Position numbers and translations under genes: made by a program. A stretch of 64,000 nt of DNA from assembly GCA_035635555.1 (NCBI GenBank), contig DASQAT010000028.1, forward strand, positions 7,885-71,884, given 5' to 3'. Positions 1 to 9,789 of this stretch are shown here, piece after piece. Position 1 is the stretch's first letter; every line of letters starts with the position of its first letter. A model generated the notes under the pieces. That model saw only the letters and a list, made by a program, of their open reading frames with translations. It had not been told where the DNA came from and searched no databases. This DNA comes from Candidatus Dormiibacterota bacterium (GTDB lineage: Bacteria > Acidobacteriota > Polarisedimenticolia > Gp22-AA2).

Positions 1-3000
1 CGGAGGGGCCGGCCCGCCTGACGGCGCGCAGGCGCTCCACCGCCTCCGGCCGCGCGAACTGCTCTCCCGAGACACCGGCGACGAAGCGGCCGCCGCGGAC
101 CTCGCCGCGTCCTTCCATTCTGCGCAGCACCCGCAGGAGGTCTCTCCAGGGCGGCATCGCCCCCTCGCGTTCGAGAAGACGCCGGAACACGATGCCATAG
201 CGCCGCAGCAGGACCGGGGCGATCGTCTCGGCGGGGGAGTCCTCCGACTCGGCGACGGTCCGGTCGTTCCAGAGGACCGTCCAGCGCCCGGCGCTCTCCA
301 TGCCGAACGGCGAAGGGGATCGCCGGCGTCGCGATCCGCGCCGGCCCGATGGCGTGATCAGGGCGCGCAGGCCGGTGAAGCCGTCCGAGGTCACGGTCCC
401 CCGGGCGACGAGCTCGGCGAGGGCGTTCTCGACACGGGTCGGGAGCAGACCGGACCGTTCGGCGATCTCGTCGAAGAACAGCGCCCCGCGCGCCGCCAGG
501 AGATCCAGGACGACGCCCGCCTCGGTCGACGGCTCCCGTCCGCCGTCCGGCCGAAGGGTAAGCGCCCGCCAGGCGGAGAGGCGGCCGCGCGACAGGAGCG
601 CTATCGGCGTCGAGCGCACGGGACCCGCGCCGGGCGGAGAGTCGGGGGCCGGCCGGGGCGGGGACAGCCGCGCCCAGACGACCCGCCCGCTCAGGCACAG
701 GGCGTCGAGCCAGGCCGGGTCGTAACGGGACAGCCGGGCCGGGAGGATGTCCCGTTCCCACGCCGCCGCCGGCGCCTCGAACCCCTCCAGCATCTCGACA
801 ATCGTCTGAAGACTCTGCGCCCCCTCGGCCCGATCGTCCGGGAGGACCCTCTGCCACGAGAACAGGAAGCGCATGAAATCGGCGGCGCTGACCGGCTCGA
901 TCTCGGCGCGCAGACGATTGAGGGTGTAACGGTGGATCCGCGCCAGGAGACTCCGGGCGCACCATTCCACGGCGCCGATTCCCGGCGTGAAGCGGCCGCG
1001 CAGAACGAACCCTTCGGACTCGAGGCGCAGAAGTGCCTGCTCGATCGTGTCGTCCGGAAAGCCGCATGAGCCGGCCAGCGCCTGGGCGGTCACGGGGCCC
1101 AGCCCCTCCAGCCGGCCGCGGACGATTTCGGCGAGGGCGGCCATGGCGTCGATCGGATCCCCCGCGGAGTCTCCGGGGAGGGCGGGGATGGGAGGGTCGA
1201 GCGCACCCGAGGGGAACGCCGCCAGGACGTGCGACAGACGCGAGGCCGCGACCCAGAGGCGCGGCCCCCGTCCGGGAAGACGGAAGACCGTGGCCCGCCG
1301 CTCGGCGACGAGCTCGCGCAGGTGTCCTTCCCAGCCCGAGTCCCTTCCTTCGCTCTCGCCGACGAAGCCGAGAATCTCCAGGGCGTCCGCGAGCTCGTCG
1401 GCGCTCTCCACGCGCGGCCAGGCTTCGTCCCTGACTCTGTCGATCGCCGCAGCGTCGAGCGCGCCGAGATCGGACGCCGTCTGCGGATCGGTCCAGCGCC
1501 GGCTGACCACCGCCTGCGTGCGCCGCTCCTCGAGGGGGGCGTCGTCCAGGAAGGCGTACGGCCGGGCGCTCAGGACCTCCTGGGCCAGGGGGGACGGCTC
1601 GCGGACGTCCTTCGCCAGGAGCGTCCGCTCCCCCCGCTCGATGCTCGCGAGAAGCGACTCCAGCCCCGGCAGATCCATCGCCTCTCCCAGGCAGTCGTCG
1701 ATCGTCTGGCGGACCAGAGGATGATCCGGGATCTGGCGCTCCCCCGTGAGGTTCTCGGCGCAGGCGATCTGGTCGGGGAAGACGGCGGCGATGAGATCCT
1801 CGGCCTGCATGCGCTGCAGCTGCGGCGCCACCCTCCGTCCGCCGCGGAAGCGGGGGATCGCCAGCGACCGAGCCGCATTCCAGCGCCAGCGCACCGCGAA
1901 CATCGGCGCCGCCAGGAGCGCCTGCACGAGCACGTCGCGCACCGAGCCCGCGCGCAGGTAGCGGAACACGTCCTCGAGCGGGAAGCTGTGGGAGGGGCCG
2001 AGCGACAGGACGATGGCGTCCTCGGTGGCGGCCGCCTGCAGCTCGATGTTGAACTTGCGGCAGAAACGCTTGCGGAGCGCCAGCCCCCACGCGAAGTTGA
2101 TCCGGCGGCCGAAGGGGGAGTGCAGGACCAGCTGCATGCCGCCGCTCTCGTCGAAGAAGCGCTCGAGCACGATGTTCGACTGCGAGGGCAGGACCCCGAG
2201 CGCCGCACGGGCCGCTGCCAGGTAGTCGACGATCTGCTCCGCGGCTTCGAGGGATAACCCGACCCCGTCCATCAGGTGGCGCACGGCCGTCCCGGCATCG
2301 CCCGATTCGAGAGCGCCGGCGATCTCCTCACGCAGCCGTGACACCGACAAGGAGAGCTCCGCCGTGCGAGCCGGCGCCTCGCCGATCCAGAACGGGATCC
2401 CGGGCGGCTGGCCCCGCGCGTCCTCGACGCGGACTTTCCCAGGCTCAATCCTGAGAATCTTCCAGGAAGCATTGCCGAGCTGGAAGATTTCCCCGGCCAT
2501 GCTCTCGATGGCGAAGTCTTCGTTGACCGTGCCGACGAGCGTGCCCTCGGGCTCGAGGACGACCTGGTAGTCGGCCGAATCGGGAATGGCGCCCCCCGAG
2601 GTGATCGCCGTGAGGCGCGCCCCCTTGCGGGCGCGCAGCCGGCCGTTGACCCGGTCGTGATGGAGGTGCGCCGCGCGCCGGCCGCGCTTCACGGAGAACC
2701 CCTCGGCGAGCATGGTCACGACGGCGTCGAAGTCGGCGCGCGGCAGGGCGCGATAGGGAAAGGCGCCGCGCACCAGGGCGTACAGATCGTGGTCGCTCCA
2801 CTCCTCGCAGGCCACCATCGCCACGATCTGCTGCGCCAGGATGTCGAGCGGCGCCTCCGGGATCGCGAAGCGGTCGAGCTCGCCGCGCCTCACCGAATCG
2901 AGCAGGGCCGCCGACTCGACGAGCTCGTCGCGCGTCAGCGGGAACAGACGCCCCTTTGGAAAACCGCCGACCGAGTGACCGGAACGCCCGGCGCGCTGCA

Positions 3001-4128
3001 GGAGCGTCGCGATGGAGCGCGTCGAGCCGATCTGGCACACCAGGTCGATCGACCCGATGTCGATCCCCAGCTCGAGGGAGGCGGTCGCCACCAGGGCGCG
3101 CAGCTCCCCGCTCTTGAGGCGCTGCTCTGCGGCCAGCCGGTGCGCGCGCGACAGGCTTCCGTGGTGGGCGGTGACCGCGTCTCCGCCTATCCGGTCGCTC
3201 AGCTGGCGGCTGAGGCGCTCCGCCAGCCGGCGCGTGTTGACGAAGATGAGGGTCGTGCGGTGCTCGCCGATGAGGGCCGCCAGACGATCGTAGACCTCTT
3301 CCCACACTTCGTTGGGCATGACCGCCTGGAGCGGCGACCGGGGGACTTCGATCCTGAGATCGAGGTCGCGCGCGTGGCCGGTGTCGATGATCGCGCAGCG
3401 CGGCGCGCCATCGGGGTCGAGCCCCCCCGCGCCGACGAGAAAGCGGGCGGCGTCTTCGATCGGGCGCTGCGTCGCCGAGCAGCCGATGCGGATCAGCCTG
3501 GGGGCGGGGGAGCCGTCCCCGGCGGTGCGCGACCTGGCCGCGAGGGCCTCCAGCCGCTCGAGCGACAGCGCCAGGTGCGAGCCGCGCTTGTCGTCGACCA
3601 GGGCGTGGATCTCATCCACGATCACCGTCCGCGTCGTGCGCAGCATCCCCCGCCCGCGCTCGCTCGTCAGGAGGATGTACAGGGACTCGGGTGTCGTCAC
3701 CAGGATGTGCGGCGGACGGCGGAGCATCGCGGCGCGCTCCTTCGCCGGCGTGTCGCCGGTGCGCACCATCGTGCGGATCTCGGGAAGCCGGTCGAGCCCC
3801 ATCGCCTTGAGCTCGGCGGCGATCCCGGCCAGCGGCTCCTGCAGATTGCGCTGGATGTCGTTCGACAGCGCCTTGAGCGGGGAGACATAGACGACCTGCG
3901 TGGCGTCGTCCAGGCGGCCGGCCACCGCCTGCCGAACCAGGCCGTCGATGGCGGCGAGAAACGCCGCGAGGGTCTTCCCCGAGCCGGTGGGAGCGGCGAC
4001 CAGCGTGGCGCGTCCCTCCCGGATGGCCGGCCAGGCGCGGGCCTGCGGCCCGGTCGGTCCCGCCGGGAAGCGCCGGCCGAACCAGGCGGCCACGGCCGGG
4101 TGAAAGGTTTCCGAAGGAGTCGTCATGG
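1..4128 (-). CDS. lhr: ATP-dependent helicase Lhr (large helicase-related), N-terminal ~1375 aa; the C-terminus runs off the window start
   Basis: Translating the minus strand by hand from the ATG at ~4128 gives [20 protein letters not shown]...[22 protein letters not shown]...[25 protein letters not shown]. This carries a Walker A motif (GSGKT) and a DEIH box, as in a DEAD/DEAH helicase of the Lhr type. No in-frame stop was seen for the first ~600 nt translated by hand. The frame is absent from the ORF track, probably because it has no stop inside the window. The overlapping plus-strand ORFs (e.g. 2657..4417) are Arg/Gly-rich and look like antisense artefacts. Confidence 0.8.
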
Positions 4129-4510
4129 CGCGCCCGTCATGGTAGCACGCGGGTCCGTGAGCAGCACGTCCTCGACGCGGTCAGCACCGGCGGGCCGCCC
4201 GAGCGGCCCATCGGCCGAGCCGCGGCAGCGCAGCCGCCCTGCGTGGATGCCCTGCGATGCACCGCTCACTCCTCAGCGCCCTCGGCGTGGCCTGGATGCT
4301 CCAGAGCGGGGGGATGTCTTTCTACCTCGACCGCCTGGCCCATCTGATTCTCAATGTCGAGAACGAACTCACCGAGTACGTACACAGGTTGTGGGGCACG
4401 TCCGAGGCCACGCATGAGGAAATTGGGAAAGGTGTACGATGAGCATGCGTCGGTTGTTGCCGCAGGCGTGTCGGCGTAGACTCCGGCCAACGTTGGTGAG
4501 GAGATCCGAG

Positions 4511-6370
4511 ATGACCTTGCAGGCTCGCTTGAAGTTGATGGTCATCGTTGTCACCGGTGTGTTCATTCCCTTAGGCTTCGCGGACTCTCCTGCTCTTGCG
4601 CAGGCTTACAACTCAACCTGGGACGCCTCCTCGGGGTTACTGCCCGAACAGTCCTGTCCCTCTTGGCGTCATCTCCATGCAAGTGGATCACCACCCCTGT
4701 TTGGCGGGATCATGACGATCGCTACCGCCAGTTGCTCGGCGAATCTTGACTACGTCCAGGACGGAACGGAGATCATTTCGCCTCTACCGAACCCTTGGGT
4801 GGTAGAAGCACGTGTAAGTTACGGCTCAGGATCCGTATGCGGCGCGTGTGGCCACTATCGCCAGCCCAGTGCGATACAGATCTCCACAGCCCCAGGCGTG
4901 GGGGTGAATCTGCTTATCGGAGTGGACGATGTGTCTGGAGCCGAGGCGATTTTCCTTACAAGTGCTGAATGCGTGGACCCCCGGCCTACCAAGTTTGTGG
5001 ACACACACAACTTCCACACATACCGAATAGAGGCCACAGCCGATCCTCTGGGGGGAGCCAACATTACTGTGTTTTACGATGGTGTATCGACGCTAAACGG
5101 TCACACCTATTACAGCCCTAACGACTTCGGCAACGTACCTCGCATCGTATGGGGAGAAGCCTCAGATGCCGCCGAGGGGATCTCGTACTGGACCTATGTC
5201 CGGCACAACGCACATGCTACAGGTTGCCGAGCGCGATCCTGCGGTGAGACCCCCCCTGGACTCGTAAGTTGGTGGTCGGGCGATGGCAATGCCCTTGACC
5301 TTCGTGGGATGAACAATGGTTCTCTCGCCAACGGCGCTGAGTATAACGCTGGAATCGTTTCGGAGGCATTCGACCTCAATCGGTCCACTAGAGATTACGT
5401 AGCGATTCCGGACAGTCCTATGCTGAATACGCCTTCGGCGATAACGCTTGCGGCGTGGGTCCGCACCGACGATGTAACTGAGAATGGAGTGATTCTGTCG
5501 AAGTACGACTCCAGTGGACCCCAGGTGAGCTGGATTCTCCAAATGATTGACTCGGGGAAGCTAGAATTTGTCGTATATGGAGATGTGTCGGGTACAATTG
5601 CACGTGGCGTCGAAACCGATTACGTCGTTATGCATGCGGCGGCATGGCAGCACGTTGCCGCCACTTTCGATGCGGGGGACCAAGCGATTAGAATCTTTGT
5701 TAATGGATATGAGGCGCAGAGTCACCTGATTGCTTCCTCCACCGTAGCATCGATCGCTGACAGCAACTATTCTGCTTTAATTGGAGCCGCTGGCAACAGC
5801 GCTGGTGGAGTGTTCTGGAATGGACTCATTGATGAGGCGCAACTCTACGGGCGCTCATTATCCGGGTGCGAAGTGCAGTCGCTCTATTCCCCGGGAGGAG
5901 GGGGTCAGTGCAAGGGAGATAGCGACGGCGACGGGATCCTGGATGTGAATGATAATTGTCCGTATGTCCTCAACCCAGGACAGGAAAATGCAGATGGTGA
6001 TCAAGCAGGGAATGCGTGCGACTGTGCGCCCTCGAACCCAGGAGTGTTCGCGGCACCGGGAGAGGTTGGCGGAGATTTAATCGCTGCCGACACCGCCCAC
6101 ACGCTTAGCTGGTGCTCCGCGGCCAACAGTGCCGGGACGGGAACTGTATACGATGTCGTCCGCGGCGCATTCGACGAGTTCCCCGTTGGGTCAGGGCCCT
6201 CGGAGGTCTGCCTTGCTTCGGGGATCCCAAGCCCGAACAGTTCGGACTCAGCATACCCTTTACCTCATAAGGGCTTCTGGTATCTGGTGCGTGGGAAGAA
6301 CGCCTGCGGGACGGGCACCTATGGATTCCGGAGCGACGGGGTTGAGAGGGTGACCGCTGCCTGCCCGTAG
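4511..6370 (+). CDS. Secreted LamG/concanavalin-like lectin domain protein with thrombospondin type-3-like Ca-binding repeats and a Cys-rich C-terminal domain
   Basis: The start was moved to Met25 (MTLQARLKLMVIVVTGVFIPLGFADSPALAQA is a signal peptide), which has a GGTGAGGAG RBS upstream. The middle region looks LamG/pentraxin-like. It is followed by DSDGDGILDVNDNCPYVLNPGQENADGDQAGNACDC, which are TSP3-like Asp-rich repeats. The gene and its flanks have visibly lower GC (~55%) than the neighbouring genes. Confidence 0.7.
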   Translation: MTLQARLKLMVIVVTGVFIPLGFADSPALAQAYNSTWDASSGLLPEQSCPSWRHLHASGSPPLFGGIMTIATASCSANLDYVQDGTEIISPLPNPWVVEARVSYGSGSVCGACGHYRQPSAIQISTAPGVGVNLLIGVDDVSGAEAIFLTSAECVDPRPTKFVDTHNFHTYRIEATADPLGGANITVFYDGVSTLNGHTYYSPNDFGNVPRIVWGEASDAAEGISYWTYVRHNAHATGCRARSCGETPPGLVSWWSGDGNALDLRGMNNGSLANGAEYNAGIVSEAFDLNRSTRDYVAIPDSPMLNTPSAITLAAWVRTDDVTENGVILSKYDSSGPQVSWILQMIDSGKLEFVVYGDVSGTIARGVETDYVVMHAAAWQHVAATFDAGDQAIRIFVNGYEAQSHLIASSTVASIADSNYSALIGAAGNSAGGVFWNGLIDEAQLYGRSLSGCEVQSLYSPGGGGQCKGDSDGDGILDVNDNCPYVLNPGQENADGDQAGNACDCAPSNPGVFAAPGEVGGDLIAADTAHTLSWCSAANSAGTGTVYDVVRGAFDEFPVGSGPSEVCLASGIPSPNSSDSAYPLPHKGFWYLVRGKNACGTGTYGFRSDGVERVTAACP

Positions 6371-6514
6371 CTCAAGGTGCGGGCTTGAATTCGCCTGCAT
6401 CGAGGCCATCGCGGGAGACTGTTTCCAGTGTAATCCTCCCCGAAGTGTCTGCTCATTTTCCCGATAAATCAGTGAACTAACTCGACCCCTTCTTGAGGCG
6501 GCGGAGGGGGAACG

Positions 6515-7261
6515 ATGGACGATCCGACGAAGGGAAATCCTGAAGAGGCGGGGCCCGGGAGAGATCGCGTGAGCGGACCGCGCGCGGTCCTGTTCGATTT
6601 CAACGGTGTCCTGGTCGAGGACGAGACCTATCACTGGCGCGCCTTCCGGGACGTCCTCGCCCCGCTCGGAATCCGTCTCGGCCGCGCCCGGTACAACGCG
6701 CGCTACCTGGTGTTCGACGACAGGACCGCGCTCCGCACGATGCTGCGCGACGCCGCTCGAGGCGTGGCGGATCTCGAGCGGCTGCTGGCCCGCAAGCGCC
6801 GGGTGTATGCGCGGCTGGCGAAACGCGTGCGCATCGATCCTCGTGCGGCGCGTCTGGTGCGCGCACTGGGGCGCCGGGTGTCGCTCGGCGTCGTCTCGGG
6901 CGCGACCCGGCGCGAGGTCGCGTCCGCGCTGCGGCGCGCCCGGCTGAGCCGACTGTTCGGGGTCGTCGTCACGGCGGAGGATGTCCGGCGCCCCAAGCCC
7001 CGGCCCGACGGCTACCGCCTCGCGCTGCGTCGTCTGGGTCTTGCGGGCGGCCGCGGCTCGGTCGCGATCGAGGACTCGCCGGGGGGCGTGCGCGCCGCCC
7101 GCGCGTCAGGGTGCGCCGTGATCGGAGTGGCGACCACCTTCCGCCCGGCGGCTCTGCGGCGCGCCGGCGCCCGCCGAGTCGCGCCGAGACTGTCCGCGCT
7201 GCGCGTGGAGCAGATCCTCTCTAGCGCTTCTCGTACACGACCGATCCGCCGACGATCGTGA
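6515..7261 (+). CDS. HAD-superfamily hydrolase (beta-phosphoglucomutase-like subfamily IA)
   Basis: The N-terminal AVLFDFNGVLVED is the DxDG-type HAD motif I. The C-terminal SVAIEDSPGGVRAARASGCAVIGV matches HAD motifs III/IV. Confidence 0.8.
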   Translation: MDDPTKGNPEEAGPGRDRVSGPRAVLFDFNGVLVEDETYHWRAFRDVLAPLGIRLGRARYNARYLVFDDRTALRTMLRDAARGVADLERLLARKRRVYARLAKRVRIDPRAARLVRALGRRVSLGVVSGATRREVASALRRARLSRLFGVVVTAEDVRRPKPRPDGYRLALRRLGLAGGRGSVAIEDSPGGVRAARASGCAVIGVATTFRPAALRRAGARRVAPRLSALRVEQILSSASRTRPIRRRS

Positions 7262-8903
7262 AGTCGATCCCGGCGTCGGCGATCTCCTCCGGCGGGATCG
7301 AGCGCAGGTCCTTGCCGATCACCGTCAGGTCGGCCCAGTAGCCCGGGGCGATCCTCCCCCGGTGGTCCTCCTCGTAGGCGGCGTAGGCGGCCCCCGTCGT
7401 GTAGGCGGCCAGGGCCTCCGCGAGCGTCATGCGCTGGTCGGGATGCCAGCCGCCCGGGGGCCAGCTCTTGAGGTCCTGGCGGGTGACGGCGCTGTGCAGG
7501 CCGATGAGCGGCCTCTCCGGGTCGACGGGAAAGTCGGAGCCGGCGGCGATCGGGACACCCGCGTCGAGAACCCAGCGCCAGGCGTACAGCCCGCGACCTC
7601 GCTCGCGACCGACGCGATCCTCGGCCCAGTACATGTCGCTGGTGGCGTGGCTCGGCTGCATGGAGGCGATGATGCCGAGCGGCAGCAGGCGGGCCACGTC
7701 GGACTGCGTGATGCACTGGAGGTGCTCGATACGCGGCCGCGGATCCGCGGGGTGGATCCGGGCGAGGGCCTTCTCGTAGGCGTCGATGGTGAGCCGGATG
7801 CCGCGATCGCCGATGGCGTGCGTGCAGACCTGGTATCCCTTGCGCATCGCCAGCGCGGCGCGCCGCTCGAGCTCGGCAGGCTCGGTGACGAACAGACCGC
7901 GGTTCCCCTTGTCGTCGGAGTAGTCCTCGAGGAAGACCGCGCCGCGCGACCCCATGGCGCCGTCGATCATCAGCTTGACGGCGCGCAGCGTCAGCCGGTC
8001 CTTGTAATTCGAGAAGGGGGGCTGCTCGACCAGCGGCTCAATCCGGGACTTGCCGATGCCGTTCCACATCAGATAGACGCGCAGGGGCAGTTGTCCGGCG
8101 TCGGCCAGCTCGCGGTAGGCGTCGACGTCCCCGGGATCGACCGCGGCGTCGTGGATCTCGGTCAGCCCCGCCTCGGCCAGACGCTGCAGCGACAGGCTGA
8201 GCCATCCCTTGATCTGCTCGCGCGTCGGCTCGGGCCGCGCCTTCCCGACCAGGTCCTGGGCGTTGTCGACGAACACGCCGGTCGGCTCGCCGCGGCCGTC
8301 GCGCTCGATCTTCCCGCCGGACGGGTCCGCCGTCCTGCGCGTGACGCCGGCGACCTGCATCGCCTTGAGATTGGCCCAGGAGGCGTGCCCGTCCACGCGG
8401 CTCAGCCAGACCGGGCGCCCGGGGGCCGCGGCGGTCAGCGGGCGGTGATCGGGGAATTTCTTCCCCGGCCACAGGTTCTGGTCCCAGCCATGGCCGGTGA
8501 CCCAGGCGCCGGGGGGAAGCGTCGCGTCGCGCTCCCGGACTCTGCGGGCGATCTCCTCGGGGCTCGCGATACCGTGCAGGTCGAGGTTCGCCAGCTCCGC
8601 CCCGAGCGAGCGCACATGGCCGTGGCTGTCGGTGAGACCCGGGACGACCATGGCGCCGCGCAGGTCGATGCGCCGAGTGGCCGGCCCGGCCAAAGCCGCG
8701 ATCTCGTCGCTCCTCCCCACCGCCGCGATCGAGCCGCCGCGCACCGCCACGGCCTGCGCTTCGGGGTGGCGCGGATCCTCGGTCACAACGGCGCCGTTCG
8801 TCAGGATCAGGTCGGCGGTCATCTCAGGCCGTCGCGCCGCGCCGCAGGCAACCGTGAAGAGGGCGAGAGCGGCCGGGCTCGTCCATCGGGCACGAACGAT
8901 CAT
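7221..8903 (-). CDS. Secreted amidohydrolase family protein (YtcJ-like metal-dependent hydrolase)
   Basis: N-terminal signal peptide (MIVRARWTSPAALALFTVACGA). It has the amidohydrolase_3 pattern, with DSHGH-like metal ligands near the N-terminus and HAIGD in the C-terminal part. It overlaps the HAD gene convergently by 41 nt. Confidence 0.8.
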   Translation of the reverse strand: MIVRARWTSPAALALFTVACGAARRPEMTADLILTNGAVVTEDPRHPEAQAVAVRGGSIAAVGRSDEIAALAGPATRRIDLRGAMVVPGLTDSHGHVRSLGAELANLDLHGIASPEEIARRVRERDATLPPGAWVTGHGWDQNLWPGKKFPDHRPLTAAAPGRPVWLSRVDGHASWANLKAMQVAGVTRRTADPSGGKIERDGRGEPTGVFVDNAQDLVGKARPEPTREQIKGWLSLSLQRLAEAGLTEIHDAAVDPGDVDAYRELADAGQLPLRVYLMWNGIGKSRIEPLVEQPPFSNYKDRLTLRAVKLMIDGAMGSRGAVFLEDYSDDKGNRGLFVTEPAELERRAALAMRKGYQVCTHAIGDRGIRLTIDAYEKALARIHPADPRPRIEHLQCITQSDVARLLPLGIIASMQPSHATSDMYWAEDRVGRERGRGLYAWRWVLDAGVPIAAGSDFPVDPERPLIGLHSAVTRQDLKSWPPGGWHPDQRMTLAEALAAYTTGAAYAAYEEDHRGRIAPGYWADLTVIGKDLRSIPPEEIADAGIDFTIVGGSVVYEKR

Positions 8904-8928
8904 CGGCGGAATGATAGCACTCCATGAC

Positions 8929-9789
8929 TCAGGACCACTCCGCCAGGAGCACCCCGGCGAGGACGAGCCCCCCTCCGAAGAGAAAGGCCCGGCTGAACCC
9001 TTCCCCGGCGACGAGGAAGGCGATGAGCGCCGCGACGATCGGCTGAAAGTACATGAAGGCGGCCACCTTCGAAGGGTCGATGCGAGCCACCGCGGAGTAG
9101 TACAGGAGGTAGGCCACGATGGTCGAGAGCACGACGACGCAGGCGAGACAGGCGAGAGCGGCAGGCGAGACCGTCCGCCACTCCTGGCGCGCGGCGGCCG
9201 GAAGGGTCACGAGGATGATCAGGGCTCCGCCCGACAGGAAGGCGAGACCGGTCGTGTCGATCGGTCCGAGATCGCGCAGGACGGGCCGCCCGAGGACGGT
9301 GTAGCCCGAGAACGCCAGGACGCCGAGCAGGGTCAGCACATCTCCCGTGAGCGAGGGCGTCTCGAACCCGACCCCGTGCTCGAGCGCGATGAGGGACACG
9401 CCGGCGAAGGCGATCAGGATCCCCGCAGTCTTCGGAAGCGAGATGCGCTCCTGGTGGAGAAGGGCCGAGAGCAGGAGCACGAACACCGGCAGCATCCCGA
9501 TCAGGATCGCCGCGTGCGAGGCGCTCGTCCGCTTCAGGCCGGTCATGAACAGAAGCTGGTTGGCGAAGATGCCGAGCAGGCCGAGAGGGACCGCGCGCAG
9601 GAGCCCCGGCGGCAGTCCGCGCCAGCCGCGGCGCGCCAGGAGGAACAGGCCGAAGAACAGCACGCCCGCGGCGGCCCGGGTGAAGGCGATCGCGAGGGGA
9701 TCGATCTCCTGGAGCGCGCGCTTGGCGACGGAGTAGTTGGCGCCCCAGATCAGGACGCAGGCGCCGGCCGCGACGTAGCCGGCCTTCAC
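8929..9789 (-). CDS. EamA/DMT-family transporter (10 TM segments)
   Basis: The track ORF 8929..10680 is a fusion artefact. The real gene starts at the GTG (VKAGYVAAGACVLIWGANYSV...), which overlaps the stop of the upstream gene as GTGA. The product is ~287 aa with two EamA repeats. Confidence 0.8.
   Translation of the reverse strand: MKAGYVAAGACVLIWGANYSVAKRALQEIDPLAIAFTRAAAGVLFFGLFLLARRGWRGLPPGLLRAVPLGLLGIFANQLLFMTGLKRTSASHAAILIGMLPVFVLLLSALLHQERISLPKTAGILIAFAGVSLIALEHGVGFETPSLTGDVLTLLGVLAFSGYTVLGRPVLRDLGPIDTTGLAFLSGGALIILVTLPAAARQEWRTVSPAALACLACVVVLSTIVAYLLYYSAVARIDPSKVAAFMYFQPIVAALIAFLVAGEGFSRAFLFGGGLVLAGVLLAEWS

Noticed and set aside
2657-4417. 586-aa plus-strand ORF (and other long plus ORFs at 1229..2257, 987..1724)
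   Set aside because: Arg/Gly/Pro-rich composition with no motifs. They lie antisense to the clearly real lhr gene, whose Walker A/DEIH motifs were read directly. These are typical high-GC antisense artefacts.
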